This document shows positions 38,384 through 47,954 of a stretch of 64,000 nt of DNA, in pieces (position 1 is the first letter of the stretch; each line of letters begins with the position of its first letter). The translations under genes and the position numbers were made by a program. The notes beneath the pieces were generated by a model. That model was not told the origin of the DNA and did no database searches. It saw only the letters and a program-made list of their open reading frames with translations. Origin of the DNA: an uncultured Clostridia bacterium (GTDB taxonomy: Bacteria; Bacillota; Clostridia; TANB77; CAG-508). The stretch is from contig CALXZB010000002.1 in NCBI GenBank assembly GCA_944393125.1, positions 2,412 through 66,411 of the forward strand, in the 5' to 3' direction.

Positions 38384-38689
38384 AAGTGCTCACCAAAATA
38401 TTAGTAATATATAATTATGTATTTTATTTCTGAAAAAGAAAATTTTATTAATATTCGTTATGTTTTAAGTGATAGGCAAAATCGTACTCAATTCTTAGAA
38501 TTACATAAAAAAGAAATTTTTGATATCATAAATTTTTTAAATCAATTTATTTAAATCCCGTTTTGAATAAATCCCAAAGTCACTACATATTTTCAAGTTT
38601 TTTCAAAATTATGCAAAAACTTTGTATTTTTGTATATTTTTTCATTTTAATAACTCAATTATAATATAGCATTCTTTTTATATCTCACT

Positions 38690-38759
38690 TAAAGTTTACA
38701 AATTATTCACATAAAATTATAGTAATTTGAGTATATTTATGTTATACTATTAGTATATT
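38690..38759 (+). promoter_or_regulatory. Promoter/operator repeat copy B (extended -10 TGtTATACT)
   Basis: See copy A. It lies 18 nt upstream of the P3 ATG. Confidence 0.5.
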
Positions 38760-38776
38760 TTAATGAAAGGAGGTTT

Positions 38777-39004
38777 ATGATGTCAAATATTAATGATAAT
38801 TTTATAAAAGCTATTGGATCGTTGCCTTATGACATTGATGAAGAAATAAAAATTAAAGATATCATTGTAATTCTTCAAGATGTAACAAAAAAATATATTG
38901 AACTTTTTGGAACTAACGATTTAAATGAAAATGATAAGACATGCATTCAAAGTATTTTGACTGCCCATACAGCACAAAATATATTGCAAGAAAAAAATAA
39001 CTAG
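38777..39004 (+). CDS. Small protein P3 (75 aa), paralogue of P1. It is the first gene of a P3-P4-ParE cassette.
   Basis: The RBS is AAAGGAGG. It starts MMSNINDNFIKAIGSLPYDIDEE. Confidence 0.5.
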   Translation: MMSNINDNFIKAIGSLPYDIDEEIKIKDIIVILQDVTKKYIELFGTNDLNENDKTCIQSILTAHTAQNILQEKNN

Positions 39005-39021
39005 AAAGGATTGATTTTAAT

Positions 39022-39243
39022 ATGAAAGAACCTAACGAAAAAATTCAAATAGAAAAAATTGTTGATATGCTAAAAAATTCAGAGCAAAATGTAACATTTT
39101 ATGATTGTCTTTATAACTTATATGTACTATTAGGTATTGTCAAAGGTGTGAATGAAATTAATTTAGAAAATGGTATTCCTTTAGATGATTTTTTGACAGA
39201 AAGAGAGGCTTTATATGAAAATTATAATAGAAAATCTAGCTAA
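39022..39243 (+). CDS. Small protein P4 (73 aa), the putative antitoxin partner of the downstream ParE/RelE toxin
   Basis: It lies immediately upstream of the toxin gene and overlaps it by 29 nt. Its C-terminal NGIPLDDFLTEREA resembles ParD/RHH-antitoxin C-terminal tails. There is no recognisable RHH N-terminus. Confidence 0.5.
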   Translation: MKEPNEKIQIEKIVDMLKNSEQNVTFYDCLYNLYVLLGIVKGVNEINLENGIPLDDFLTEREALYENYNRKSS

Positions 39244-39559
39244 AAAAGGACTCGATGATATATTTTGTTATAATATACAATATTCTATAGAAAATGCTAT
39301 AAATACCGATTATGCTATAACTGAATATATTAAAACTCTAATTACTTCCCCATATATTGGAAGATGCATTCCAGAGATGAAAAATAATCATTTTAGGGAA
39401 ATTATATATCAAAAGAATCCAAAATCTTCATATCGTATTATGTATTACATACATGATTCTAAAAATTCTATTCATATCTTTAATATTATGAATTCTAAAC
39501 AAGATTTTAATCATATTTTAACAATGCACAATTATTTCCAAAACTATTTTGAAATTTAA
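39215..39559 (+). CDS. ParE/RelE-superfamily type II toxin (114 aa)
   Basis: It has ENLAKKGLDDIFCY near the N-terminus. It has LITSPYIGRCIPEMKNNHFREIIY in the middle. It ends with SYRIMYYIHDSKNSIHIFNIMNSKQDF. These match the RelE/ParE pattern A..DL..I..Y ... P..G......R......YRIIY.v.......I.rI.H.kd. Confidence 0.7.
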   Translation: MKIIIENLAKKGLDDIFCYNIQYSIENAINTDYAITEYIKTLITSPYIGRCIPEMKNNHFREIIYQKNPKSSYRIMYYIHDSKNSIHIFNIMNSKQDFNHILTMHNYFQNYFEI

Positions 39560-39697
39560 TCAATATTCATTACACTTTTTTATTTACACATACTAATCTT
39601 AAAAAATATTTAATCTTATTAATAATATTTTTCACAAAATAAAACAAGGCAGAAAACCTTAAATTTTCCACCCCGTTATTGAAATATATTCAATTAT

Positions 39698-42600
39698 TTA
39701 TTCATTTACTGTTTCAGTAACTACTTCATTATTTTCAGTTGAAGTTTCTTTTTCGTCTTCTCCTTCAACTTTAATTTGTACATCTTGATATACTTTCATA
39801 CCAGTACCTGCTGGGATAAGTTTACCAATAATTACATTTTCTTTTAGTCCAATTAAGTCATCTTCTTTACCTTTAATAGCTGCTTCTGTTAATACTCTAG
39901 TTGTCTCTTGGAATGAAGCTGCAGACAAGAAGCTATCTGTTGCTAAAGATGCTTTAGTAATACCTAGTAATACTCTCTTACCAGTTGCAATACGTTTTCC
40001 TTTTTCTTCAGCCTTTTTATTATTTTCTTCAAAGTCATACATATCAACTAAAGAACCTGGGAACATACCTGTATCTCCGCCATCTTCAACTCTAACTTTT
40101 CTAAGCATTTGTCTTGCAATAACCTCAATGTGTTTATCATTAATATCAACACCTTGGTTTCTATATACTTTTTGAACTTCAGAAATTACATATTCATAAA
40201 CTCCTTCTGGTCCTTTAATTGCAAGTATTTCAGCTGGATTTATAGAACCTTCTATAAGTGGTTGTGCAGCTTTTACTTCATCTCCATCTTTTACTTTTAA
40301 TTTTGAACCAAATGGTATAGTATATGTTCTAGAATCATCTTTAGATGTAACAATAATTTCTTTTTTCTTCTTTGTTTCAGAAATTTTAACTTTACCATCA
40401 ATTTCTGTTATAACAGCTAATCCCTTTGGTTTTCTAGCTTCAAAGATTTCTTCAACTCTAGGAAGACCTTGAGTGATATCTGCAACACCTGCAACACCAC
40501 CAGAGTGTATAGTTCTCATGGTTAACTGTGTACCAGGTTCACCAATTGATTGTGCTGCTATAATACCAACAGATTCTCCTATTGAAACTTCTTCTCTTCT
40601 TGCTAGTCCCATACCATAACATTTTTGGCATACACCATGCTTACTTCTACATCCAATTACTGAACGAACATAAACTTGTGTTATACCAGCATCTACTATT
40701 TGTTTTGCTATATTTTTATTTATCATTGTATTTGTATCTACAATCAATTCTCCTGTTTCAGGATGTACTATATCATTTAATGGGAATCTACCTTCTAATC
40801 TTTCTTCTAGTTTTTCAACTACTTGATTTCCATCTTTAATATCTTCTAGCATTAAACCTTCATGTGTTCCACAATCATGTTCTCTTACTATTATGTCTTG
40901 TGATACATCAACAAGTCTTCTTGTTAAATATCCAGAGTCAGCTGTTCTTAAAGCTGTATCTGATAAACCTTTACGTGCACCATGTGAAGAAATGAAATAT
41001 TCTAGAGCATCTAGTCCTTCACGGAAACATGATTTTATTGGTATTTCAACAGCTTTACCAGTAGTACTTGCCATAAGTCCACGCATACCTGCAATTTGTC
41101 TTAATTGGTTCATATTACCACGGGCTCCTGATTTAACCATCATATATATTGGGTTTAAGTCATCAAAATTTTCTTCCATTGCCTTACTTACATCGTTTGT
41201 AGCTTTATCCCAAATATTAACAACTGTTTTATATCTTTCATCATCAGTTATCAAACCTCTTCTATATTGGTTTCTAACTTTTTCTACTTGTTTTTCAGCA
41301 TCTGCTAATATGTCTTTTTTTGCAGCAGGTACTTCAACATCTGCTACTGAGAATGTAATACCAGCTAATGTTGAATATTTGAATCCTAATTCTTTAATAT
41401 AATCTATTACTTCTGCTGATTCAGTTAAGCCATGTTTTTCTATAACTTTATCTATTATTGTACCCATTGATTTTTTCATTACAGGAAAATCTATTTCATA
41501 TTGGAATGGATCTTCGTTTCTATCTATAAATCCTAAATCTTGTGGAATACCTTGGTTAAATATAATTCTACCAACACTTGTAGGGATTTTCTTTGATTTC
41601 ATTTCGCCATTTATCTCTTTTGTTATTTTTACGAAAATCTTTGCATGTATTCCTACTGCATTATTTTGAAATGCCATTATTGCTTCATCAGGATCTTTAA
41701 AATATTTTCCTTCTCCTAATTCACCATCTAATGTCATTGTTAAATAATAGCTTCCTAAAATCATATCTAGTCTTGGTACTGCAACTGGCTTACCATCTTG
41801 TGGTTTTAATAAGTTATTTGTAGCTAACATTAAATATCTTGCTTCCGCTTGTGCTTCTGGTGTTAATGGTAAGTGAACTGCCATTTGGTCACCATCGAAG
41901 TCTGCATTAAATGCTTCACATACTAATGCATGTAGTTTTATTGCTCTACCTTCTACTAAAACAGGTTCAAATGCTTGAATACCTAATCTATGTAATGTTG
42001 GAGCACGGTTAAGCATTACAGGGTGGTCTTTAATTACTTCTTCAAGTATTCCCCATACTTCTGGGCTTAATCTTTCTACCATTCTTTTTGCACTTTTTAT
42101 ATTATGTGCCATATGTCTTCCAACTAATTCTCTCATTACAAATGGTTTGAATAATTCAATAGCCATTTCTTTTGGAAGTCCACATTGATATATTTTTAGT
42201 TCTGGTCCTACAACAATTACAGAACGTCCTGAATAGTCAACTCTTTTTCCTAATAAGTTTTGACGGAATCTACCTTGTTTTCCTTTTAATAAATCAGATA
42301 AAGATTTTAAAGGTCTGTTTCCAGCTCCTGTAACAGGTCTTCCTCTTCTTGAATTATCTATTAATGCATCTACTGATTCTTGTAACATTCTTTTTTCATT
42401 TCTTACAATAATCTCTGGTGCACCAAGTTCAAGTAATCTTTTTAATCTATTATTTCTGTTTATTACTCTTCTATATAAGTCATTTAAGTCTGATGTTGCA
42501 AATCTTCCACCATCTAATTGCACCATTGGTCTTAAATCTGGTGGAATTACTGGTACAACATTCATAACCATCCATTCAGGTCTATTCCCTGATTTTCTAA

Positions 42601-43249
42601 ACGCCTCTACTGTGTCTAACCTTTTAACTAGTTTTGCTTTTCTTTGTTCACTAGCAGATTCTAAATCCTTTTCAATTTCTGCAGTTAATTTTTCTAAATC
42701 TATTTCTTCAAGTAATTTTCTTATTGCTTCTGCACCCATTTCAGCTTTAAATGATTTTTTACCATATTTTTCTTCTGCTTCATGATATTCTTTTTCATTT
42801 AAAACTTGAGCTTTTTCTAGTCCTGATGTTCCTTTGTCTGTAACAATATATGATGCAAAATATATTACTTTTTCAAGATTTCTTGGTGATATATCTAGCA
42901 TTAATGCTATTCTACTTGGAATTCCTTTAAAATACCAAATATGTGCAACTGGTGCAGCTAATTCAATATGTCCCATTCTCTCTCTTCTAACTTTTGATTT
43001 TGTTACTTCAACACCACATCTATCACAAACAATTCCCTTATATCTTACTCTTTTATATTTACCACAATGACATTCCCAGTCTTTTGTTGGTCCAAATATT
43101 TTTTCACAGAATAAACCATCTTTTTCTGGTTTTAATGTTCTATAATTTATTGTCTCAGGTTTTTTTACTTCACCTTTTGACCATTCTCTTATCTTTTCAT
43201 CTGATGCAATTCCTATTTTTATTTTGTTGAATATCTCTAATTCTTCCAT
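39698..43249 (-). CDS. rpoC: DNA-directed RNA polymerase subunit beta'
   Basis: The 1183-aa ORF has the zinc finger [21 protein letters not shown], the NADFDGDQM catalytic motif and overall collinearity with RpoC. Confidence 0.95.
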   Translation of the reverse strand: MEELEIFNKIKIGIASDEKIREWSKGEVKKPETINYRTLKPEKDGLFCEKIFGPTKDWECHCGKYKRVRYKGIVCDRCGVEVTKSKVRRERMGHIELAAPVAHIWYFKGIPSRIALMLDISPRNLEKVIYFASYIVTDKGTSGLEKAQVLNEKEYHEAEEKYGKKSFKAEMGAEAIRKLLEEIDLEKLTAEIEKDLESASEQRKAKLVKRLDTVEAFRKSGNRPEWMVMNVVPVIPPDLRPMVQLDGGRFATSDLNDLYRRVINRNNRLKRLLELGAPEIIVRNEKRMLQESVDALIDNSRRGRPVTGAGNRPLKSLSDLLKGKQGRFRQNLLGKRVDYSGRSVIVVGPELKIYQCGLPKEMAIELFKPFVMRELVGRHMAHNIKSAKRMVERLSPEVWGILEEVIKDHPVMLNRAPTLHRLGIQAFEPVLVEGRAIKLHALVCEAFNADFDGDQMAVHLPLTPEAQAEARYLMLATNNLLKPQDGKPVAVPRLDMILGSYYLTMTLDGELGEGKYFKDPDEAIMAFQNNAVGIHAKIFVKITKEINGEMKSKKIPTSVGRIIFNQGIPQDLGFIDRNEDPFQYEIDFPVMKKSMGTIIDKVIEKHGLTESAEVIDYIKELGFKYSTLAGITFSVADVEVPAAKKDILADAEKQVEKVRNQYRRGLITDDERYKTVVNIWDKATNDVSKAMEENFDDLNPIYMMVKSGARGNMNQLRQIAGMRGLMASTTGKAVEIPIKSCFREGLDALEYFISSHGARKGLSDTALRTADSGYLTRRLVDVSQDIIVREHDCGTHEGLMLEDIKDGNQVVEKLEERLEGRFPLNDIVHPETGELIVDTNTMINKNIAKQIVDAGITQVYVRSVIGCRSKHGVCQKCYGMGLARREEVSIGESVGIIAAQSIGEPGTQLTMRTIHSGGVAGVADITQGLPRVEEIFEARKPKGLAVITEIDGKVKISETKKKKEIIVTSKDDSRTYTIPFGSKLKVKDGDEVKAAQPLIEGSINPAEILAIKGPEGVYEYVISEVQKVYRNQGVDINDKHIEVIARQMLRKVRVEDGGDTGMFPGSLVDMYDFEENNKKAEEKGKRIATGKRVLLGITKASLATDSFLSAASFQETTRVLTEAAIKGKEDDLIGLKENVIIGKLIPAGTGMKVYQDVQIKVEGEDEKETSTENNEVVTETVNE

Positions 43250-43297
43250 CTTTATTAGATGTCCCCCTTCTTAATTTTATTGGGTAATTCCAAAACA

Positions 43298-43326
43298 GTT
43301 ATAATAGCTGTCCACTGCTCTTGCAA
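43298..43326 (-). promoter_or_regulatory. Candidate sigma-A promoter for rpoC inside the ORF-rpoC spacer
   Basis: On the minus strand it reads TTGCAA (43321-43326), then 17 nt, then TATAAC (43298-43303). It overlaps a 17-nt near-palindrome, acagttataatagctgt. Confidence 0.4.
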
Positions 43327-43365
43327 AATATTTTGTCGCTATATAACTTTTTGGAATTTATTTAA

Positions 43366-43896
43366 TTATTTTTCTAATTCTTGCATTTTTAACACTTTTT
43401 CTATTGCTAACATAATATTTATTTTATCTACTTCTTGTTCTCTAAGAGTAAATTTACTTTTTAAACTGTCAGCTGTAACTTTTACTTTTTGTTCTTCTAG
43501 TTCTTTTGCATATGTGTTTACTCTATCTACAAACATTTGCAATGTATCACTAGCTCTTTTATGTGCTTCTCTATCAGTTTCTCTTTGTATTCTAAAAAGT
43601 CTACTATATTTTGCTATAATATTTCCTTTTTCGTCAATTCCAAACTCATAATTTTCTCCAGATAAAAGTTCTTTAATATATTGTGCAATTTGTTGTTTAT
43701 GCATTTGTAAGCCTAAATTGTTTGCAATATAATCTACTATTTCAACTAAGTTTATACTTTCTCCATTTTGAGGATTAATTTCATCAATTCTTCTAAATAA
43801 TTGTTTTTTTATAGATTCTTGGGCTATTTCTATTTGGCCTTGATCATCTTCTTCATATCTTAGTCCTCTTAAAAATTTTTGATTTCCCTTAAACAT
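43366..43896 (-). CDS. Hypothetical charged, helical protein (177 aa from MFKGNQ) encoded between rpoB and rpoC
   Basis: A 546-nt open frame in AT-rich DNA. GGAGGA lies 7 nt upstream of the second ATG. It is 31 nt downstream of the rpoB stop and co-oriented with rpoB and rpoC. The sequence is coiled-coil-like (…EELEEQKVKVTADSLKSKFTLREQEVDKINIMLAIEKVLKMQELEK). Confidence 0.6.
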   Translation of the reverse strand: MFKGNQKFLRGLRYEEDDQGQIEIAQESIKKQLFRRIDEINPQNGESINLVEIVDYIANNLGLQMHKQQIAQYIKELLSGENYEFGIDEKGNIIAKYSRLFRIQRETDREAHKRASDTLQMFVDRVNTYAKELEEQKVKVTADSLKSKFTLREQEVDKINIMLAIEKVLKMQELEK

Positions 43897-43927
43897 TTCA
43901 ACATCCTCCATTTTGTCAACAAGTCTA

Positions 43928-46900
43928 TTACATTATATCATTTTCATCATCTAGATTATCTTCTGCTAAATCATTATCATAAATACTTTCTTCATCTTCT
44001 AAGTCATCATCAAACAACTCATCACTATCTTCATCATCAAGCATTTCTTCATCTGCTTCTGAGTAGCCATCTTCAAGTTCTTCATGAATAAGCACATCAT
44101 CTTCTGTTAGTGCTCTTCCTTCTGCTGTTTCATCATATTCAATTCCATCTTCAATATTTTCTTTTAGTTCAAGTTCTTCATTATTATCAGCAAATAATTT
44201 TATATCTAGACCTAATGCTTGAAGTTCTTTTACTAAAACTTTAAAGCTTTCTGGAACTCCTGGTTCAGGAATATTTTCTCCTTTAACTATAGCTTCATAA
44301 ACTTTTACACGTCCAATAGTATCATCAGATTTTACTGTTAATATTTCTTGTAGTGTATAAGCTGCACCATAAGCTTCAAGTGCCCAAACTTCCATTTCTC
44401 CAAAACGTTGTCCACCAAATTGTGCTTTACCTCCAAGTGGTTGTTGTGTTACTAATGAGTATGGTCCTGTTGAACGAGCATGTATTTTATCATCTACTAA
44501 ATGATGTAGTTTTAACATATACATTACTCCTACAGTTATTGGACTTGCAAATGGTTCTCCTGTTCTTCCATCATAAAGAATAGATTTACCATCTGGTGTT
44601 AATCCAGCTTCTTGTAATAATTCTTCAATTTCTTTTTCTGAAGCTCCATCAAATACAGGTGTTGATATTTTATATCCTAATGCTCTAGCTGCTGCACCTA
44701 AGTGAACTTCTAATACCTGTCCTAAGTTCATACGTGATGGTACACCTAATGGGTTTAGTAATATGTCTATTGGTGTTCCATCTGGTAAGAATGGCATATC
44801 TTCTGTTGGTAATATTCTTGAAATTACACCTTTATTACCATGACGTCCAGCCATTTTATCTCCAACAGAAATTTTTCTTTTTGTTGCTATATAACATCTT
44901 ATTACTTGATTTACTCCAGGTCCTAATTCTTCTGAATTGTCTCTTGTGAAGATTTTTACATCTACTATAGTTCCTGCTTCTCCGTGTGGTACACGTAATG
45001 AAGTATCTCTTACTTCTCTAGCTTTTTCTCCAAATATTGCACGAAGCAATCTTTCTTCTGCTGTTAGCTCTGTTTCACCTTTTGGTGTTACTTTACCAAC
45101 TAATATATCTCCAGGTCTTACTTCTGCACCAATTCTTATTATTCCATTTTCATCTAAGTCTTTTAATGCGTCATCTCCAACATTTGGAATATCTCTTGTT
45201 ATTTCTTCTGCTCCTAATTTAGTATCACGACATTCACAATCATATTCTTCAATATGTATTGATGTAAATACATCTTCTTGTACTAATCTTTCATTTAAAA
45301 GAATAGCATCTTCATAGTTATAACCTTCCCATGTTGAGAATGCAATTAATACATTTTTTCCTAAAGCCATTTCTCCATCTTTTGTTGATGGTCCATCTGC
45401 TATAGCTTCTCCTTTTTTAACTTTTTCGCCTTTTTCTACTATTGGTTTTTGGTTAATACATGTTCCACCATTTGTTCTTTTAAATTTACGCAATTTGTGT
45501 ACAACAGTTTTTCCATTATTATATTTCATTGTTATACTGTCACCAGTAACTTTTTCTACAATTCCATCATCTTCAGCTAATACTAAGATTCCTGAGTCTT
45601 TTGCAGCTCTATATTCAATACCAGTTGCAACTATTGGTGCTTCTGTTACCATTAGTGGAACTGCTTGACGTTGCATGTTTGCACCCATTAGAGCTCTTTT
45701 TGCATCATCATGCTCTAAGAATGGTATCATTGCTGCAGCTATTGATACAAGTTGCTTTGGTGATACATCTATATATTGTACTAATTCTTTGTCAACTTCT
45801 GTTATTTCGTTTTTATGTCTTACACGTATACGTTTATTTATAAATTCTCCATTTTCATCCATTGGTTCAGATGCTTGTGCTATTATATAATTATCTTCAA
45901 CATCTGCACTCATATATTCTACAATATCTGTTACTCTATGTGTTTCTGGATCTATTTTTCTATATGGTGTTTCAATAAATCCATATTCGTTTATATTTGC
46001 AAATGAAGATAATGCAGAAATTAGTCCTATATTTGGTCCTTCTGGTGATTCTATTGGACATAGTCTACCATAATGTGTATAGTGAATATCACGTACTTCG
46101 AATCCAGCTCTTTCTCTTGAAAGCCCTCCTGGTCCTAATGCAGAAATTCTTCTTTTATGTGTTAGCTCTGAAAGTGGGTTTGTTTGATCCATGAATTGTG
46201 ATAATTGTGAACTTCCAAAGAATTCTCTTATTGATGATGTTATTGGTTTAGTATTTATCAATGTTTGTGGTGTTACAACATCTAAGTCTTGTATTGTCAT
46301 TCTCTCACGAACAACTCTTTCAAGTCTTGTTAGTCCAATTCTGAATTGATTTTGTAATAGTTCTCCTACACATCTTATTCTACGATTTGCTAAATGGTCT
46401 ATATCATCTTTTTTTCCTAATCCTTGATGTATATTTAATAAATAACTTACTGAAGCAATAATATCTTCTGTAGTTATATGTTTTGGAACTAATTCATCAT
46501 ATCTTTCACTTAAAGTTTTTACTAAGTCTTCTTCACTTGTATTTTCCATAATGTTTTTTAGCACTTCATAATTTACATTTTCTTTAAAATGTAATTTACT
46601 TAAGTCAACATTTGGTAATACTTTATAGATGTTTACTGTTCCATTTCCTATTACTCTTATTTTTTTGTCTCCAAGTTTAATATCTACAATGTTTATTCCT
46701 GCATTTTGAATGTTTTCTGCAACTTCTGGTGTTATTATTTCTCCTGCTGTTACAAATACTTCTCCTGTTTCCTTGTCCATTATGTCTTCAAATGCAACTT
46801 GATTTTTTATTCTATTTGCTATACTTAATTTTTGGTTAAATTTATATCTTCCTACTTTTGCTAAATCATATCTTCTATTGTCAAAAAATAATCCGTTAAA

Positions 46901-47674
46901 TAAACTTCTTGCAGCTTCAACTGTTGGAAGTTCTCCAGGTCTTAATTTCTTGTATATTTCTATTAAAGCATCTTCACCTGTTTTTATTGGGTCTTTTTGA
47001 ATTGTTGTTTCTAGTAAGTTTTCTTCTCCAAATAATGTTCTTATTTGGTCATCTGATATTAATCCAATTGCTCTTAATAATGTTGTTACAGGTATTTTTC
47101 TAGTTCTGTCTACACGCACCCAAAACATATCATTTCCATCTGTTTCATATTCAATCCATGCCCCTCTTAATGGCATTACTGTTGATGTATATGTTTTCTT
47201 TCCTGTTTTTGTGTCAAAAATTTCATCATAGTAGCATCCAGGTGAACGTACTAATTGGCTTACTACAACTCTTTCTGCTCCATTTATTATGAATGTTCCA
47301 CTTTCTGTCATTAGTGGAAAATCTCCTAAGTATATTTCTTGTTCTTTGATTTCACCTGATTCTCTGTTTATTAATCTTACTTTTACATGTAATCTTGTTG
47401 AATATGTTGCATCTCTTTCTTTTGCCTCTTCCTCTGTGTATTTTGTTTTGTCTTCCATGTAATAATCGAAGAATTCTAATACTAAGTTTCCTGAATAGTC
47501 AACTATAGGTGAAATATCTTTTAATACTTCTCCAAGTCCTTCTTCTACAAACCAGTCATATGAATCTTTTTGAACTTTGATTAGGTTTGGCATTTCAATA
47601 TAATCGCCAACCTTTGAAAAATCCTTACGAGTTGTTCTTTCGAACTTAACTTCTTTGATTTCCAAACAAATCAC
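43928..47674 (-). CDS. rpoB: DNA-directed RNA polymerase subunit beta, with a long acidic C-terminal tail
   Basis: The 1248-aa ORF has conserved RpoB blocks (e.g. [30 protein letters not shown]). The last ~90 aa are D/E-rich. Confidence 0.95.
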   Translation of the reverse strand: MICLEIKEVKFERTTRKDFSKVGDYIEMPNLIKVQKDSYDWFVEEGLGEVLKDISPIVDYSGNLVLEFFDYYMEDKTKYTEEEAKERDATYSTRLHVKVRLINRESGEIKEQEIYLGDFPLMTESGTFIINGAERVVVSQLVRSPGCYYDEIFDTKTGKKTYTSTVMPLRGAWIEYETDGNDMFWVRVDRTRKIPVTTLLRAIGLISDDQIRTLFGEENLLETTIQKDPIKTGEDALIEIYKKLRPGELPTVEAARSLFNGLFFDNRRYDLAKVGRYKFNQKLSIANRIKNQVAFEDIMDKETGEVFVTAGEIITPEVAENIQNAGINIVDIKLGDKKIRVIGNGTVNIYKVLPNVDLSKLHFKENVNYEVLKNIMENTSEEDLVKTLSERYDELVPKHITTEDIIASVSYLLNIHQGLGKKDDIDHLANRRIRCVGELLQNQFRIGLTRLERVVRERMTIQDLDVVTPQTLINTKPITSSIREFFGSSQLSQFMDQTNPLSELTHKRRISALGPGGLSRERAGFEVRDIHYTHYGRLCPIESPEGPNIGLISALSSFANINEYGFIETPYRKIDPETHRVTDIVEYMSADVEDNYIIAQASEPMDENGEFINKRIRVRHKNEITEVDKELVQYIDVSPKQLVSIAAAMIPFLEHDDAKRALMGANMQRQAVPLMVTEAPIVATGIEYRAAKDSGILVLAEDDGIVEKVTGDSITMKYNNGKTVVHKLRKFKRTNGGTCINQKPIVEKGEKVKKGEAIADGPSTKDGEMALGKNVLIAFSTWEGYNYEDAILLNERLVQEDVFTSIHIEEYDCECRDTKLGAEEITRDIPNVGDDALKDLDENGIIRIGAEVRPGDILVGKVTPKGETELTAEERLLRAIFGEKAREVRDTSLRVPHGEAGTIVDVKIFTRDNSEELGPGVNQVIRCYIATKRKISVGDKMAGRHGNKGVISRILPTEDMPFLPDGTPIDILLNPLGVPSRMNLGQVLEVHLGAAARALGYKISTPVFDGASEKEIEELLQEAGLTPDGKSILYDGRTGEPFASPITVGVMYMLKLHHLVDDKIHARSTGPYSLVTQQPLGGKAQFGGQRFGEMEVWALEAYGAAYTLQEILTVKSDDTIGRVKVYEAIVKGENIPEPGVPESFKVLVKELQALGLDIKLFADNNEELELKENIEDGIEYDETAEGRALTEDDVLIHEELEDGYSEADEEMLDDEDSDELFDDDLEDEESIYDNDLAEDNLDDENDIM

Positions 47675-47880
47675 TCCTTAAAAATTATTAAGCAGATAGG
47701 TAATTTTTTATAACCTTTATTTGAAATTTTATTTAGAAAAATCCCTTCTTAATATATATTTTCATAAGTTTTCGAATTTTGTCTGCTTTACAATCTTCTA
47801 CATCTTACTTCCATATATTTAATTCTTATTTTTCTAATTTTTAACTATTGTGAATTAATTTTTTGACTTTTTTTAATAGA

Positions 47881-47904
47881 ATAAAAAATGGCAAAAAAAG
47901 CCAT
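47881..47904 (-). terminator. Hairpin terminator downstream of the DUF2207 gene, upstream of the rpoB leader
   Basis: atggc-aaaaaaa-gccat with an A-run on the low-coordinate side (a U-run in the minus-strand RNA). Confidence 0.45.
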
Positions 47905-47954
47905 CTTCCGTAAAGTCATACAGTATTAATAATAACATAATTTATTTGCTTTTG

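Noticed and set aside
38417-38560. 47-codon ORF (MYFISEKENFINIRYVLSDRQNRTQFLELHKKEIFDIINFLNQFI) in the spacer between P2 and the second promoter repeat
   Set aside because: There is no RBS and no recognisable family. It could be a gene remnant, but evidence is insufficient to call it.
40893-41402. 169-aa plus-strand ORF inside rpoC. Other plus-strand ORFs inside rpoB/rpoC/ftsH/dnaB/gdpP are similar cases.
   Set aside because: It is antisense to highly conserved housekeeping genes. There is no RBS and no coding-like composition.
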